Positions 23,547-34,634 are shown, counted from the first letter of the whole stretch. The stretch is 62,876 nt of DNA, filler included, from Octopus bimaculoides (GCF_001194135.2; 6 parts of 5 records of this genome joined end to end with filler, not necessarily neighbours in it), one strand, 5' to 3'. The notes: a model not told the origin generated them from the letters alone. A program made the numbers and translations.

Positions 23547-24874
23547 TAGCTAGCTATATACGCATACATGTGTGTGTGTTTGTGTGTGTGTGTGTATACT
23601 GATATTGGCAAAGGCTAGTAGACCAAAACTTCAAAGTCACTGTCGCCCTGGTTCTTGTAAGAGTTTGATAAACATATACTCTACAAAAAAGTATTGACTA
23701 ATCTTTCAGTTTAATGTTAAATTGCTTTTATTATGACTTGACAAAAGAAGCAAACATTAATATACACATACACATATACACACATATGTATGTATATACA
23801 TATGTGTGCATTTATATGCCTATGTACGTATGTATGTATTCTTTTATGCATTAGTAACCTTTTTCCGTTGAACTTTGATTCTATGGGTTTAATGTCTTGA
23901 TTCTGTTTGACCTTTTGACCCACATGCTTTTAATTACTTTCCTATCGAGTTCTCTGTCTCTTTTCCCTATTCTATATTTATTTGATAAATTCCTCATCAA
24001 TATTTCTCTGTTTTTTTTTTTGTTTTATCTATAAATAGTGCATATTAATACTATTTTTTACCCCTCATGGGGCTTGGTCCCGAACATTAGGAGACATCAT
24101 TCCATCATCTATCTATCTATCTATCTATCTATTACATCATATATGTATATGTATATGTATAAATTGTTTCAATGTAATATTTGAAATATCTGGTTATTGT
24201 ACAAGTCTATTAAAATTACATCTGTGCTTCGTTGATGGTGTTTAACTATCACAGTANNNNNNNNNNNNNNNNNNNNNNNNNNNNNNNNNNNNNNNNNNNN
24301 NNNNNNNNNNNNNNNNNNNNNNNNNNNNNNNNNNNNNNNNNNNNNNNNAAAAAAAAAAAAAAAAAAAAAATAATAATAATAATAATAATAATTATTATTA
24401 TTATTATTATCATAACATAGATAAAAGTAAAAAAAATGAGTACAATGATATATTAAAACAAAATATAATAAATCTATATTTTATATTATTTTGTATTTCG
24501 TTATTTTACTTCGATTACTACTTACCCCCACTTTTTTTTTTTTTTGCTTTCTTTTATATTTTAATATTAGCAGCTAAATATGTTAGCAAAGCTAGAGTCT
24601 GATTTTAATAGCGCTGTTCAATATGCTAATGATATTCCAAACATATTCTGAGGTAATTTGTATAATAAACATGGCAGAACAGTGTCTAGCCGAACACTCG
24701 AAACCAACCCTTATGGGAAAAGAATTCTATTGATATCTGCTGTTTAATGCTGTCAACTATTCATGTTAAAAGGAAGAAATAATGGTTATGAATTATATAC
24801 ACACACACAAACACACACATGCACGCACACACACACATACACACACACACACACATTTTATATATACAAATCGT

Positions 24875-25357
24875 GATAGCACCTGTACCAGTGAAGCACT
24901 AAGAGCACCGTCTGAGCGTGATCATTGCCAGAGCAGCAGCCTGGCTTCCGTGCCAGTGGCATGTAAATAGCACCAGTTGAGCGTGATCGTTGCTAGCGTC
25001 ACCTTACTGGTACTTGTGCCGGTGGCACGTGAAAAAACATTCAAGCAAGGTTGTTGCCAGTGCCGCTGGACTGGCTCCTATGCAGATGGCATGTAAAATA
25101 CGCTATTTTGAGCGTGGCCGTTGCCAATACTGCCTGACTGGCCTTTGTGCCGGTGACACGTAAAAGCACCCACTACACTCTCAGAGTGGTTAGCGTTAGG
25201 AAGGGCATCCAGCTGTAGAANNNNNNNNNNTCTCAGAGTGGTTAGCGTTAGGAAGGGCATCCAGCTGTAGAAACTCTGCCAAATCAGAATAGAGCCTGGT
25301 GTAGCCATCTGATTCGCCAGTCCTCAGTCAAATCGTCCAACCCATGATGATGATGAT
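24875..25357 (+). mobile_element. Long SINE family C copy with four ~65-bp 5' modules
   Basis: Module starts near 24914, 24979, 25043 and 25110, then the standard family C 3' end and (GAT)n. Confidence 0.85.
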
Positions 25358-25397
25358 ATATATATATATATACACATATATATGAATACAGTTATCA

Positions 25398-25511
25398 CTA
25401 AGGGTACCAGAGCACCTACATTGCTAGAAATAAGAGTTAGAATACTCTTCTACAGCATTAGGAGTATTTCAACTCTTATTTCTAGCAATGTAGGCACTCT
25501 GGATTCCTTAG
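25398..25511. repeat. Short fold-back element (~50-bp arms) with TGCTAGAAATA core
   Basis: CCTACATTGCTAGAAATAAGAGTT / AACTCTTATTTCTAGCAATGTAGG are exact reverse complements. Confidence 0.9.
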
Positions 25512-25849
25512 TCACACTGAGAGATGATTAAATTTTTATTTCATGGTATCACATTGCATCTTGCTGTTTATATTATTATTGAGCTTTATTCAATAACCAG
25601 TTGATCTAGCAAGTGGGGCCTCATATCAGTGTGGGGGGCTGGTGCGCATTGATGCCGTCGAGAAGTAGGCCCCGAAACAGCGCGCATTCTCTCCTGATGA
25701 CCCCATACACTTGCTGGCTTCCGGTATGTGGAGTTCTCGACTGGTAGCACTTGCATGTGTGAGTTGTTTGCAAGACATATTTTTAGTATATGCATTAGCA
25801 TTTCGCTAAACCATCCATAAATTTTTATGGTAAATACATAAAAATACAC

Positions 25850-26246
25850 CATGTAAAGGCCAGTTGACATTGCCATAACAGGACATAATTTTCTCTCCAA
25901 AGCACAGCCATGGTAAATGCATTGTTTCTCTTGTGTTATGAGCAGCTGCCCAATCTTGCTGGACCCATGTGTGAAGTTTACTTCGAATGGCCTTCATGTT
26001 CCCCAGACTTGACGAGTTCAGATTTTTTCTTGTGGTGATACCCGAAAGAGAGGGTTTATGTTAACAAACCGGAGACCCTGGTACAACTGAAGGAGAACAT
26101 CAACAGAGAAATCAGAGAAGTGGGGACTGAAACTCTTGAAGGTGTTATGGTGCAAGTCTTTCATTGTGATGTAGTGGTGCATATTAATTTCCATTATGTC
26201 CTTTATATTGCATCAAAATTTCATGTTACTTTTTGGACACCCTGTA
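25850..26246. mobile_element. Tc1/mariner (DD37D maT-like) transposase remnant with right TIR, internally inverted
   Basis: Plus strand from 25988 reads WPSCSPDLTSSDFFLW*YPKERVYVNKPETLVQLKENI. Minus 25850-25967 reads WVQQDWAAAHNTRETM...FGEKIMS.YGNVNWP. TIR ...TTTTTGGACACCCTG followed by TA at 26245-26246. Confidence 0.85.
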
Positions 26247-26263
26247 TATATATATATATATAT

Positions 26264-26425
26264 GGGAGAATTTACGAAAAAATCAACAGATGAAGACAGG
26301 TGGTGTAAACAACAAATGGATGTATTAGTTTAACGCTCGGGAATAGAGAAAGTCTTTGACGTTTCGAGCCTATGCTCTTCAACTGAAAGGAACACAGAAA
26401 GAAATAAGGAGAGAAACAAGGAGAA
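26264..26425 (-). mobile_element. ~160-bp element in (TA)n carrying a degenerate minimal hammerhead motif (26354-26389)
   Basis: Minus: CTTT CAGTTGA A GAGC ATAG GCTC GAAA CG TC AAAG; (TA)n on both sides. Confidence 0.55.
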
Positions 26426-26480
26426 ATATATATATATATATATATATTGGTATGTATATGTGTGTATGTATGTATATATA

Positions 26481-27035
26481 TTCATATTTTTCTTTTATTC
26501 TCTTTACTAGTTTCAGCTCATGAGCTGTGGCCATGCTGGGGCACTGCCATTTGGTATAGCTACATAATTTATACTTCACTAATTCTTTTTAGAACTTGAC
26601 ATTTGGTGCATGAGTGATTTGACGCTGCTGCTGCCCTCATTTGCACTTCCTGCTGTGAAGTTGGTTCATCTGGAACTCTTGACAGTAAGAGATCTAATTT
26701 TATTTTGAAGTCATCTACATCCACCCCATGTGGGTCTCTCAGGTCCTTCGGAAGGATACTGAAGAGCTGTGGACTTTCAAAGCCCAGGCTATTGCAATAT
26801 CTTGTCCAATATTTTGATGGCAAAGTTGGAGTCTTTGGCACCCTGTTCTAATGTTAGTGTAACTCTCAATGCCAAAGTTTGGGACAAGTTCCTCCAGATT
26901 TATATTATGGCATATCTTGCCTGGCTACTCTCCATGGAATAGTGCCTCAATTTCTTGAGTCTTACCCAGTAGCTTATATGCTGCATATAAGCTATCTTCT
27001 TCATGTAGCCTTTTTGGACTGCCTCAAGTTCTGCA

Positions 27036-27039
<4 letters not shown>
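26481..27039 (-). mobile_element. CR1/L2-group LINE 3' end with 3' UTR
   Basis: IAELEAVQKGYMKKI..MQHISYWVRLKKLRHYSME...RYAII...YCNSLGFESPQLFSILPKDLRD...DDFKIKLDLLLSRVPDEP (LE.VQ, SYW.RLK.L.LYS and FK.KLD motifs). Confidence 0.8.
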
Positions 27040-27067
<28 letters not shown>

Positions 27068-27439
27068 NNNNNNNNNNNNNNNNNNNNNNNNNNNNNNNNN
27101 NNNNNNNNNNNNNNNNNNNNNNNNNNNNNNNNNNNNNNNNNNNNNNNNNNNNNNNNNNNNNNNNNNNNNNNNNNNNNNNNNNNNNNNNNNNNNNNNNNNN
27201 NNNNNNNNNNNNNNNNNNNNNNNNNNNNNNNNNNNNNNNNNNNNNNNNNNNNNNNNNNNNNNNNNNNNNNNNNNNNNNNNNNNNNNNNNNNNNNNNNNNN
27301 NNNNNNNNNNNNNNNNNNNNNNNNNNNNNNNNNNNNNNNNNNNNNNNNNNNNNNNNNNNNNNNNNNNNNNNNNNNNNNNNNNNNNNNNNNNNNNNNNNNN
27401 NNNNNNNNNNNNNNNNNNNNNNNNNNNNNNNNNNNNNNN

Positions 27440-27760
27440 ATCATCATCATCATCATCATCATTTAACGTCCGCCTTCCATGCTAGCATGGGTTGGACGAT
27501 TTGACTGAGGACTGGTGAACCAGATGGCTGCACCAGGCTCCAGTCTGATCTGGCAATGTTTCTACAGCTGGATGCCCTTCCTAACGCCAACCACTACGAG
27601 AGTGTAGTGGGTGCTTTTTACGTGCCACTGGCATGAAGGCCAGTCAGGCGGTACTGGCAACGGCCACACTCAAAATGGTGTATTTTACGTGCCACCTGCA
27701 CAGGAGCCAGTCCAGCAGCACTGGCAACGATCTCGCTTGAATGTCTTTTCACGTGCCTGC
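27440..27760 (-). mobile_element. SINE family C with upstream modules
   Basis: (CAT)n-TTTAACGTCCGCCTTCCATGCTAGCATGGG...GGATGCCCTTCCTAACGCCAACC. Confidence 0.9.
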
Positions 27761-28035
27761 ACACCTTAACAGCACATACCATTTGTTTCATTTGAAAAGG
27801 GAAAGAAAAGCTCTACTGAATTGACAATTTGTGTTTAGCACACCAATTTGGACAGAGTTATTGTTTTTATAAGAGTGGGATGGATCATATTTGAAAACAG
27901 ATTCAGGAGTTGTGAAGAACGAATTTGTACGTAGTTTATTTCTCAGTGCTATTCTATTGGACCTCTGTCTAATCATTAAAACATTTTTTCCATTAGATTT
28001 TTTTCCAGTGCATTCAACGTATCTCCCCTCCCCCA

Positions 28036-28150
28036 AGATATGGCTGCTATTTCTAGCACGCCCTGCTACCACGTAAAAGCTATTTGTGATAAAGGACCTG
28101 AAACAGCTGTTACATGGTAGCAGAGCGTGCAAGAAATAGCAGCCAAATCT
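28036..28150. repeat. Fold-back element with GCTGCTATTTCTAGCA / TGC(A)AGAAATAGCAGC arms
   Basis: 28036-28082 pairs with 28105-28150. Confidence 0.85.
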
Positions 28151-28619
28151 TTCCTTTTCTGGGGAAAGGAGCCGTTTAGGCGTGATTTTGATGTCACATT
28201 AGTTGAAAGCATGCGAAGTAACCTGGAAAAGAAAAAAACCCACAAAACAAAATTCCGATGGTGGGAAACTCCGAGGTCCCCACCATCCCTCTTCGCTTCC
28301 TTTTCCGGAAGGAAGTGGCTTGCTGTGGGTTTGGAGTTGAGATATGTTGAATGCACTAAAAAAAAAACCTGTGGAAAAAATTGTTCCACACTGAAGTACG
28401 AATGGATCCTTTACAAAATATTTACCCAAGATTGGGACAGGCATGCAAAAAGAAAGGGCTGAGCATCTGGCGGAACAGAAGGATAGAGAGAAAAGCAAGA
28501 GATGTCATGAATCAGATGCTCATGTGAATACAAATGGAATAAAACAAGTTTCACGTAAATCAGAGCACAGGTTTCCAAAATATGTGGTTTCTTTGGGTAC
28601 CTTGGACTATTGGTGACCC

Positions 28620-28806
28620 AACAGGTCACAGGTAGTCTGGAAACGTCTAGATAGAATAGAGACAGCTGATGAAGGGATATTCCAAGGGGCTTTCCGTTTT
28701 CCTATGTGTTCGTTCCGTTGTCTGTAGTTTATTGTTCTAACGTCCTGTACCCTGATATGCATGTATATACACATGTAGATGTAAGTATGTACATATATGT
28801 GTGTAT
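28620..28806 (+). repeat. Unclassified dispersed repeat (contains CTGATGA; tail shared with 23443-23500)
   Basis: Tail ACATGTAGATGTA(A/G)GTA(T/C)GTACATATATGT occurs at both loci next to TA tracts or gaps. Confidence 0.4.
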
Positions 28807-29249
28807 ANNNNNNNNNNNNNNNNNNNNNNNNNNNNNNNNNNNNNNNNNNNNTTAATTAATTAANNNNNNNNNNNNNNNNNNNNNNNNNNNNNNNNNNNNN
28901 NNNNNNNCTTGCAGACGGTGTATCCCGTTGAATTCATTAATTTAATTCATAGCAAAAGTGACAAAAGAGAGGAAGAAAAGAAAAAGAAAGAAAGAACCAA
29001 AGCACAGGTGTCCATGGCAGACTATGTTATTTTGCCAACATGGTTTACATATAGAAGTACAAAGTACATAAGGAATTAGAGGATGAACAGAAGTTTAATC
29101 TTACAGCTGTTACGGCCTAGTTTTGGCAGGCCCCATTCTATCCGAATATTCCTTTCCGGAGTGATAATCGGATGACATTTTGAAATACTGGATAGATACT
29201 ATCCCTTAGTGGGTTGTACCCCCAACCCCTAACTCTCTCACGTTATATA

Positions 29250-29253
29250 TATA

Positions 29254-29286
<33 letters not shown>

Positions 29287-29359
29287 GTATTTATATATAT
29301 CACATGTATATATGTTAATATAAATATATATAGTTATAGACATAAAAGTGTGCGTGCGC

Positions 29360-29399
<40 letters not shown>

Positions 29400-29802
29400 T
29401 TCTGTAGATATCATCGGGTCGGTTAGCAACAGAGAAACGTTGTAAGGATGTTTGATTGATTTCTTTCTTCGACGTACGTCGTTTCGTCTTTGACTTTTCA
29501 CCTGCCTCGACAATGTGTTTGTGTGTGTGTGGAATGGAGAGGGTGTTTGGTTGTGTGTATAAGCGGTGGACGGGAAGCAGAAGTTGGGGGGGGGGATTGC
29601 TTTTTCGAGAACGACGGAGAAGAAAGACGATGAGGCAGGTGACAGCAAAAGACGGCTGACAATTAACGTGAGAAGACGTGAAGACGACAAAAATAAAAAT
29701 AACAGGGACAATGATAATGATAATAACAATAATAATAATACTATAAATACGAATAACAATAATAATAACAATAATAATAATAAGATGAAGAAGAAGAGCA
29801 AC

Positions 29803-29855
<53 letters not shown>

Positions 29856-30373
29856 AAATAATAAACTTATACATGATTATTGCAACAATATAGACGTTTT
29901 CAGGCTTTAATAATAATAAGTATAAAACGATTTTAAATGATTGTACATGCACAAGTATATAACAACCATTTAAATAACCATATTAAAAACAAAATAATAA
30001 CTAAAACAGTCATAAAAATAATGAAAAAAAACAACCCAATAATAACGTATAAAAACAACAAAATGTCAAGCTGAAGAGACAGATGACTAAAGCAACACAT
30101 TAATATAACAGCAAGAATAATGAATTATGAATGATAAGAGTTAGGACAGGAAGGAAATGGAGGACGAGAAGGCGGAGGAGCTGATGGTGGTGGTGGTGTA
30201 GATGAAGAAGCCGAAAAAAAACGAAGTTATACAAGAAGGAGTGGGAGGTGAAGGAAAAGGATATGGTAAAGAAGATGACGACGACGATGTTGATGATGAT
30301 GACAATGATGATGGTGGAGATACTGACGAAGATGATGATGAGGTGGATGATAATGAGGATGATGATGACGATG

Positions 30374-30426
<53 letters not shown>
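29250..30426. repeat. Microsatellite mosaic (TA, AAT, AGT, GAT/GAC)
   Basis: Directly visible; it explains the low-complexity ORFs here. Confidence 0.9.
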
Positions 30427-30429
<3 letters not shown>

Positions 30430-30710
30430 GAATATAAGAGACGCTACGGCAATATAGCCAGACTTGTCCATTGGACACTTTGCAACAAGTTATGGACTTG
30501 ACAGTGCAAACATTGGTACGACCACAAACCCGATGCCATCGTCGAAAATAGAAATGCAAAGATCCTATGGGATTTCATGATTCAATGCGACCATGAGATA
30601 GGGAATAGGAAGCCGGACATGGTTTTAATTGAGAAAGAATACAAAGTATGCTGGATCATAGATATAGATAGCATGCCCAGCTGACAACAAAGTATGCGAT
30701 AAGGAAGAAC
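30427..30710 (+). mobile_element. R4/Dong-clade LINE fragment (RLE endonuclease region)
   Basis: KEYKRRYGNIARLVHWTLCNK..., KILWDFMIQCDHEIGNRKPDMVLIEKEYKVCWIID; directly preceded by (AAT)n. Confidence 0.8.
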
Positions 30711-31493
30711 AATCAAAGCAAAAACGTTTGGAGACGTTTAGTCTGCTTGAGGTTAGGGACAAATAGCCCAGAGTTACAGGCACCAATTTGAATCAGAGTT
30801 TTAAAGAAAACGAATTGAATCTGCATGTTTCCTTCACAACGCGGATCAGACAGATAATCGATTAATATAGAGTCTCAGGTTGTTAGAGTAAGCAAACGAG
30901 GAATATACAGTGTGAGAAAACGTGTGCTCTATCCGGATCAACATCCCACCTTGCCTAGTTATCAAAACTGTACATTGATCCACGTCTGCTTCGACTATGA
31001 GTAATGCTGTTGCTCGATCAACAAAACTATCTGTTCGTTGAATTGGCTCTGTATTCCACTGGAACACATACCCTTAAAGCAATCTCTTGACTGAATCAAT
31101 CACGGTGAGAGAAAATGAGACAAGTCTGGGTCTTTGAGACACATTTAACATCGTTACCCGTTTGTGTTCCTTCACTTTTCATTTTCAATATTTATTTAAC
31201 CACAGTCTCTGGTAAAAGTTTCCCCGCATTGAGATCGAATGCCAGACCTCGTGAGCGCCGTGCGATCTTCCTAAACACCTGATCTTATCTGCGCTCGCGT
31301 AATTTACTGTAGATAATAAATTACGACATAACTGTCTATTATCATGTTTATCAGCCGAAATTGTTTTTACATTATTCTGAAATCTGTGGAAACACCTGTC
31401 TAACCTAGCAACAACTATACATCATAATAACGAAAACAAACACACAAATCCACATGATTCGTACTGTAGTGTAACACTGACAGACATACAATA

Positions 31494-31538
<45 letters not shown>

Positions 31539-32017
31539 CAGAAGCATAAATGAAAGTTTGGAGAGGCACCAAGAGTTAAACTTCCTGATTAATGAGATAT
31601 ACTTTCAATAGAAGAGAGAACGATTTATGAAGTACAGAGAAGAGTTTAATCCGTCCAAATACATATTTAGTGCCTTCAATCAATAAGGGTATGTGATCAC
31701 CCGTTTCCGATTCTCAATTTATCGTTGAGACTGCAAAGCAGTCCATTAAATCGTGTATTATCAGACGAAATTGCACACACACGGTGTAAGCGATAACGCT
31801 TATAACAGCACAAAAGCTACAATTAAATTTGCATTCAATCATATTTTATAGCTTACTTATCCAGTTGTTTTGTTGACGCACCTATTCTTTTGTATGTTCT
31901 CACTAGTCTAGACATGTATACATCTCCCGAATCTCACATCACCGCATTAACCTAATTTACACGCATCCCCTCTCTCTCTCTCTCTCTCTCACGCACACAC
32001 ACACACACACACACACA

Positions 32018-32187
32018 TGGGGGCGGAAGCGTAGTTGTGTACTAAGACGTTTGCTTCTCAACAACATGCTTCTGGGTTCAGTCTCACTGCTTGGCACCTT
32101 GGGAGAGTGTCTCCTTCGATAGACCCATTCTGAACAAAGCCTTGAGAGTGAATTTGGTAGAAGGAAACTGAAAGAAGCCTGTCATCT
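32018..32187 (+). mobile_element. SINE family B 5' half
   Basis: GGGTTCAGTCTCACTGCTTGGCACCTTGGGAGAGTGTC...GGAAACTGAAAGAAGCCTGTC. Confidence 0.8.
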
Positions 32188-32684
32188 CTCTCCCCCTACA
32201 TAAACTAACTGAAATTTTTCTACACTCACAGAGGTTAGCCAGCATTATTAACCGGTAAAAGTGAATACAGTACCCACTAGAATTGTATATCATTACCAAC
32301 CTAATTTGGAAATCTCTATCTATCTATCTATCTAATAGAATTTCGGCATTTTTGTATTTGCTGCCGATTAGGTAAACCGCAAATACGCGGTATATTTTGA
32401 AAAATTAGACATAGGATCACGAACCATGCTGCTTATTGACTCGTGCTTCATATGTTGTCTGGTCATTTCTGCTGATGATAGTCCGACCTTGTAAGATATA
32501 TAATTTTTTTCTTACTAAAATTGACTTGAAACCATAGTACAGAATATAGATTGGTAAAAGTTCTTATTTTTCATTTCCTTTCGAAATTATCCCTAATTTT
32601 TGTGGTATGTAGTTTTTTGCTGCTATTTCTAGCGAGTAGATGTCCTATTATAGGCATCTCTGCATTTTAAATGAATAATATCTA

Positions 32685-32717
<33 letters not shown>

Positions 32718-33378
32718 NNNNNNNNNNNNNNNNNNNNNNNNNNNNNNNNNNNNNNNNNNNNNNNNNNNNNNNNNNNNNNNNNNNNNNNNNNNNNNNNNNN
32801 NNNNNNNNNNNNNNNNNNNNNNNNNNNNNNNNNNNNNNNNNNNNNNNNNNNNNNNNNNNNNNNNNNNNNNNNNNNNNNNNNNNNNNNNNNNNNNNNNNNN
32901 NNNNNNNNNNNNNTATATATATATATATATATATCATTTTATTTTATTTTTTTTATTATTTTACCTTACTTCCTCACATGTTAGATTGCTAACATTATAA
33001 TCTCTCTGCTGAAGATTTGGGGCTCAGTCATTGTCCAACCCCTGTCCAATGTTTGTTCAACCTTTGTAAAATCCCTGTATATTACTGGTATGATGTGGGA
33101 AACTTGGCAGACTGAGCAAACCCACAGTAGAAACAGTTGTAAGGGCTTAGTATTTTTCACTCATTTATTCTTATTCATTTGCTTATTTTTATTACTTATG
33201 CATATGATTGTAATCAATTAATAAATAGACGTAAATGATGTTTGTCGATTGATTATCCCCTCCATTTTCTTATTTGCCTATATATAAAAAATGCATTTTA
33301 ATAAAGCATATTACTCTACCTCCGGGATTCGAGTACTATCTTTTGCACCTTGTTTCACATTTATGTGATTACTTTGGT

Positions 33379-33415
<37 letters not shown>

Positions 33416-34634
33416 TATATGTATGTATATATGTATATATATATATATATGCAAACATGTATATAGACATGCATACATATATATACAGTTGTGTGCGTTA
33501 GTGTGAGTGTGTGTTTGCGCGTGTAGTTCGCCTCACTAAATTGTGATAATAATACATTATTTTGTGTCTGTAACTGTATTCCATCTGTCTATGTCCCATG
33601 GCACGTTGGTGCTTACGACTAATGATGTGCTTGTGCTAAATATTAGTCTCAGTGGTTTGCCACACATTCTTTTTAGTATAGCCTTCAGCACGAAATCGAG
33701 ACATGTTATTCCAGTCTCGAGGAAAGGAGACTGACTACCTACACATTTTTCAGCTTGAAAGATTATTGTGCAATGTTTTTTGTTTATTATAAGAGAAGCT
33801 ATCGAAGCAGCAATGAAGAAATTACACAATCACCTCTAAATATATAAATAAGGGAATATAAAACAGAGATAGCTAGTAAAAAAATATTCACAGATACATG
33901 GATGCTAAAGCGAACACGTAAACGTATAGACTACGCTTATGCACGCGCAGATACACGCAGGCACGCACATACAAACATAGAAGTTCACTCGCAGCTAATT
34001 CAATCATGTACACGTTGAGCTTTGCCATCATTATTTTGTCTACTTTTCAGGTATTTTCGGATTTCTTTGCGAACGTAAAAATAGAATAAAACGTCTTTGT
34101 GTGTATGTATATATTAATGGTGGATATCTATTGCTATGTATACACACACATACACACTCGCACGAATCATACCCCCCCCCACACACACACATTATATATN
34201 NNNNNNNNNNNNNNNNNNNNNNNNNNNNNNNNNNNNNNNNNNNNNNNNNNNNNNNNNNNNNNNNNNNNNNNNNNNNNNNNNNNNNNNNNNNNNNNNNNNN
34301 NNNNNNNNNNNNNNNNNNNNNNNNNNNNNNNNNNNNNNNNNNNNNNNNNNNNNNNNNNNNNNNNNNNNNNNNNNNNNNNNNNNNNNNNNNNNNNNNNNNN
34401 NNNNNNNNNNNNNNNNNNNNNNNNNNNNNNNNNNNNNNNNNNNNNNNNNNNNNNNNNNNNNNNNNNNNNNNNNNNNNNNNNNNNNNNNNNNNNNNNNNNN
34501 NNNNNNNNNNNNNNNNNNNNNNNNNNNNNNNNNNNNNNNNNNNNNNNNNNNNNNNNNNNNNNNNNNNNNNNNNNNNNNNNNNNNNAAATTTGGGGCCTTG
34601 TGCCTAGAGTAGAAAAGAATATTTCTCATGTCCT

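Noticed and set aside
24914-25170. CRISPR-like periodicity (conserved parts with variable inserts)
   Set aside because: Variable parts are only 8-9-nt loops, units belong to a dispersed SINE, eukaryotic context and no cas genes.
25179-25272. Exact ~42-bp direct repeat around a 10-N gap
   Set aside because: Typical unmerged contig overlap; assembly artefact.
28640-28680. GAAACGTC followed by CTGATGA (possible permuted hammerhead)
   Set aside because: No helix I or II pairing consistent with either topology, and no GAAA downstream of CTGATGA.
29263-30559. Long low-complexity ORFs, including a D/E-rich one
   Set aside because: Trinucleotide mosaics; no splice or domain evidence apart from the R4 fragment.
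31215-31295. tRNA-like A/B boxes on the minus strand (also all SINE heads)
   Set aside because: No cloverleaf or acceptor stem; at most a decayed SINE head, so no tRNA gene is called.
33557-33829. 90-aa minus-strand ORF with normal composition
   Set aside because: No recognisable motif or splice signals; length is within chance expectation.
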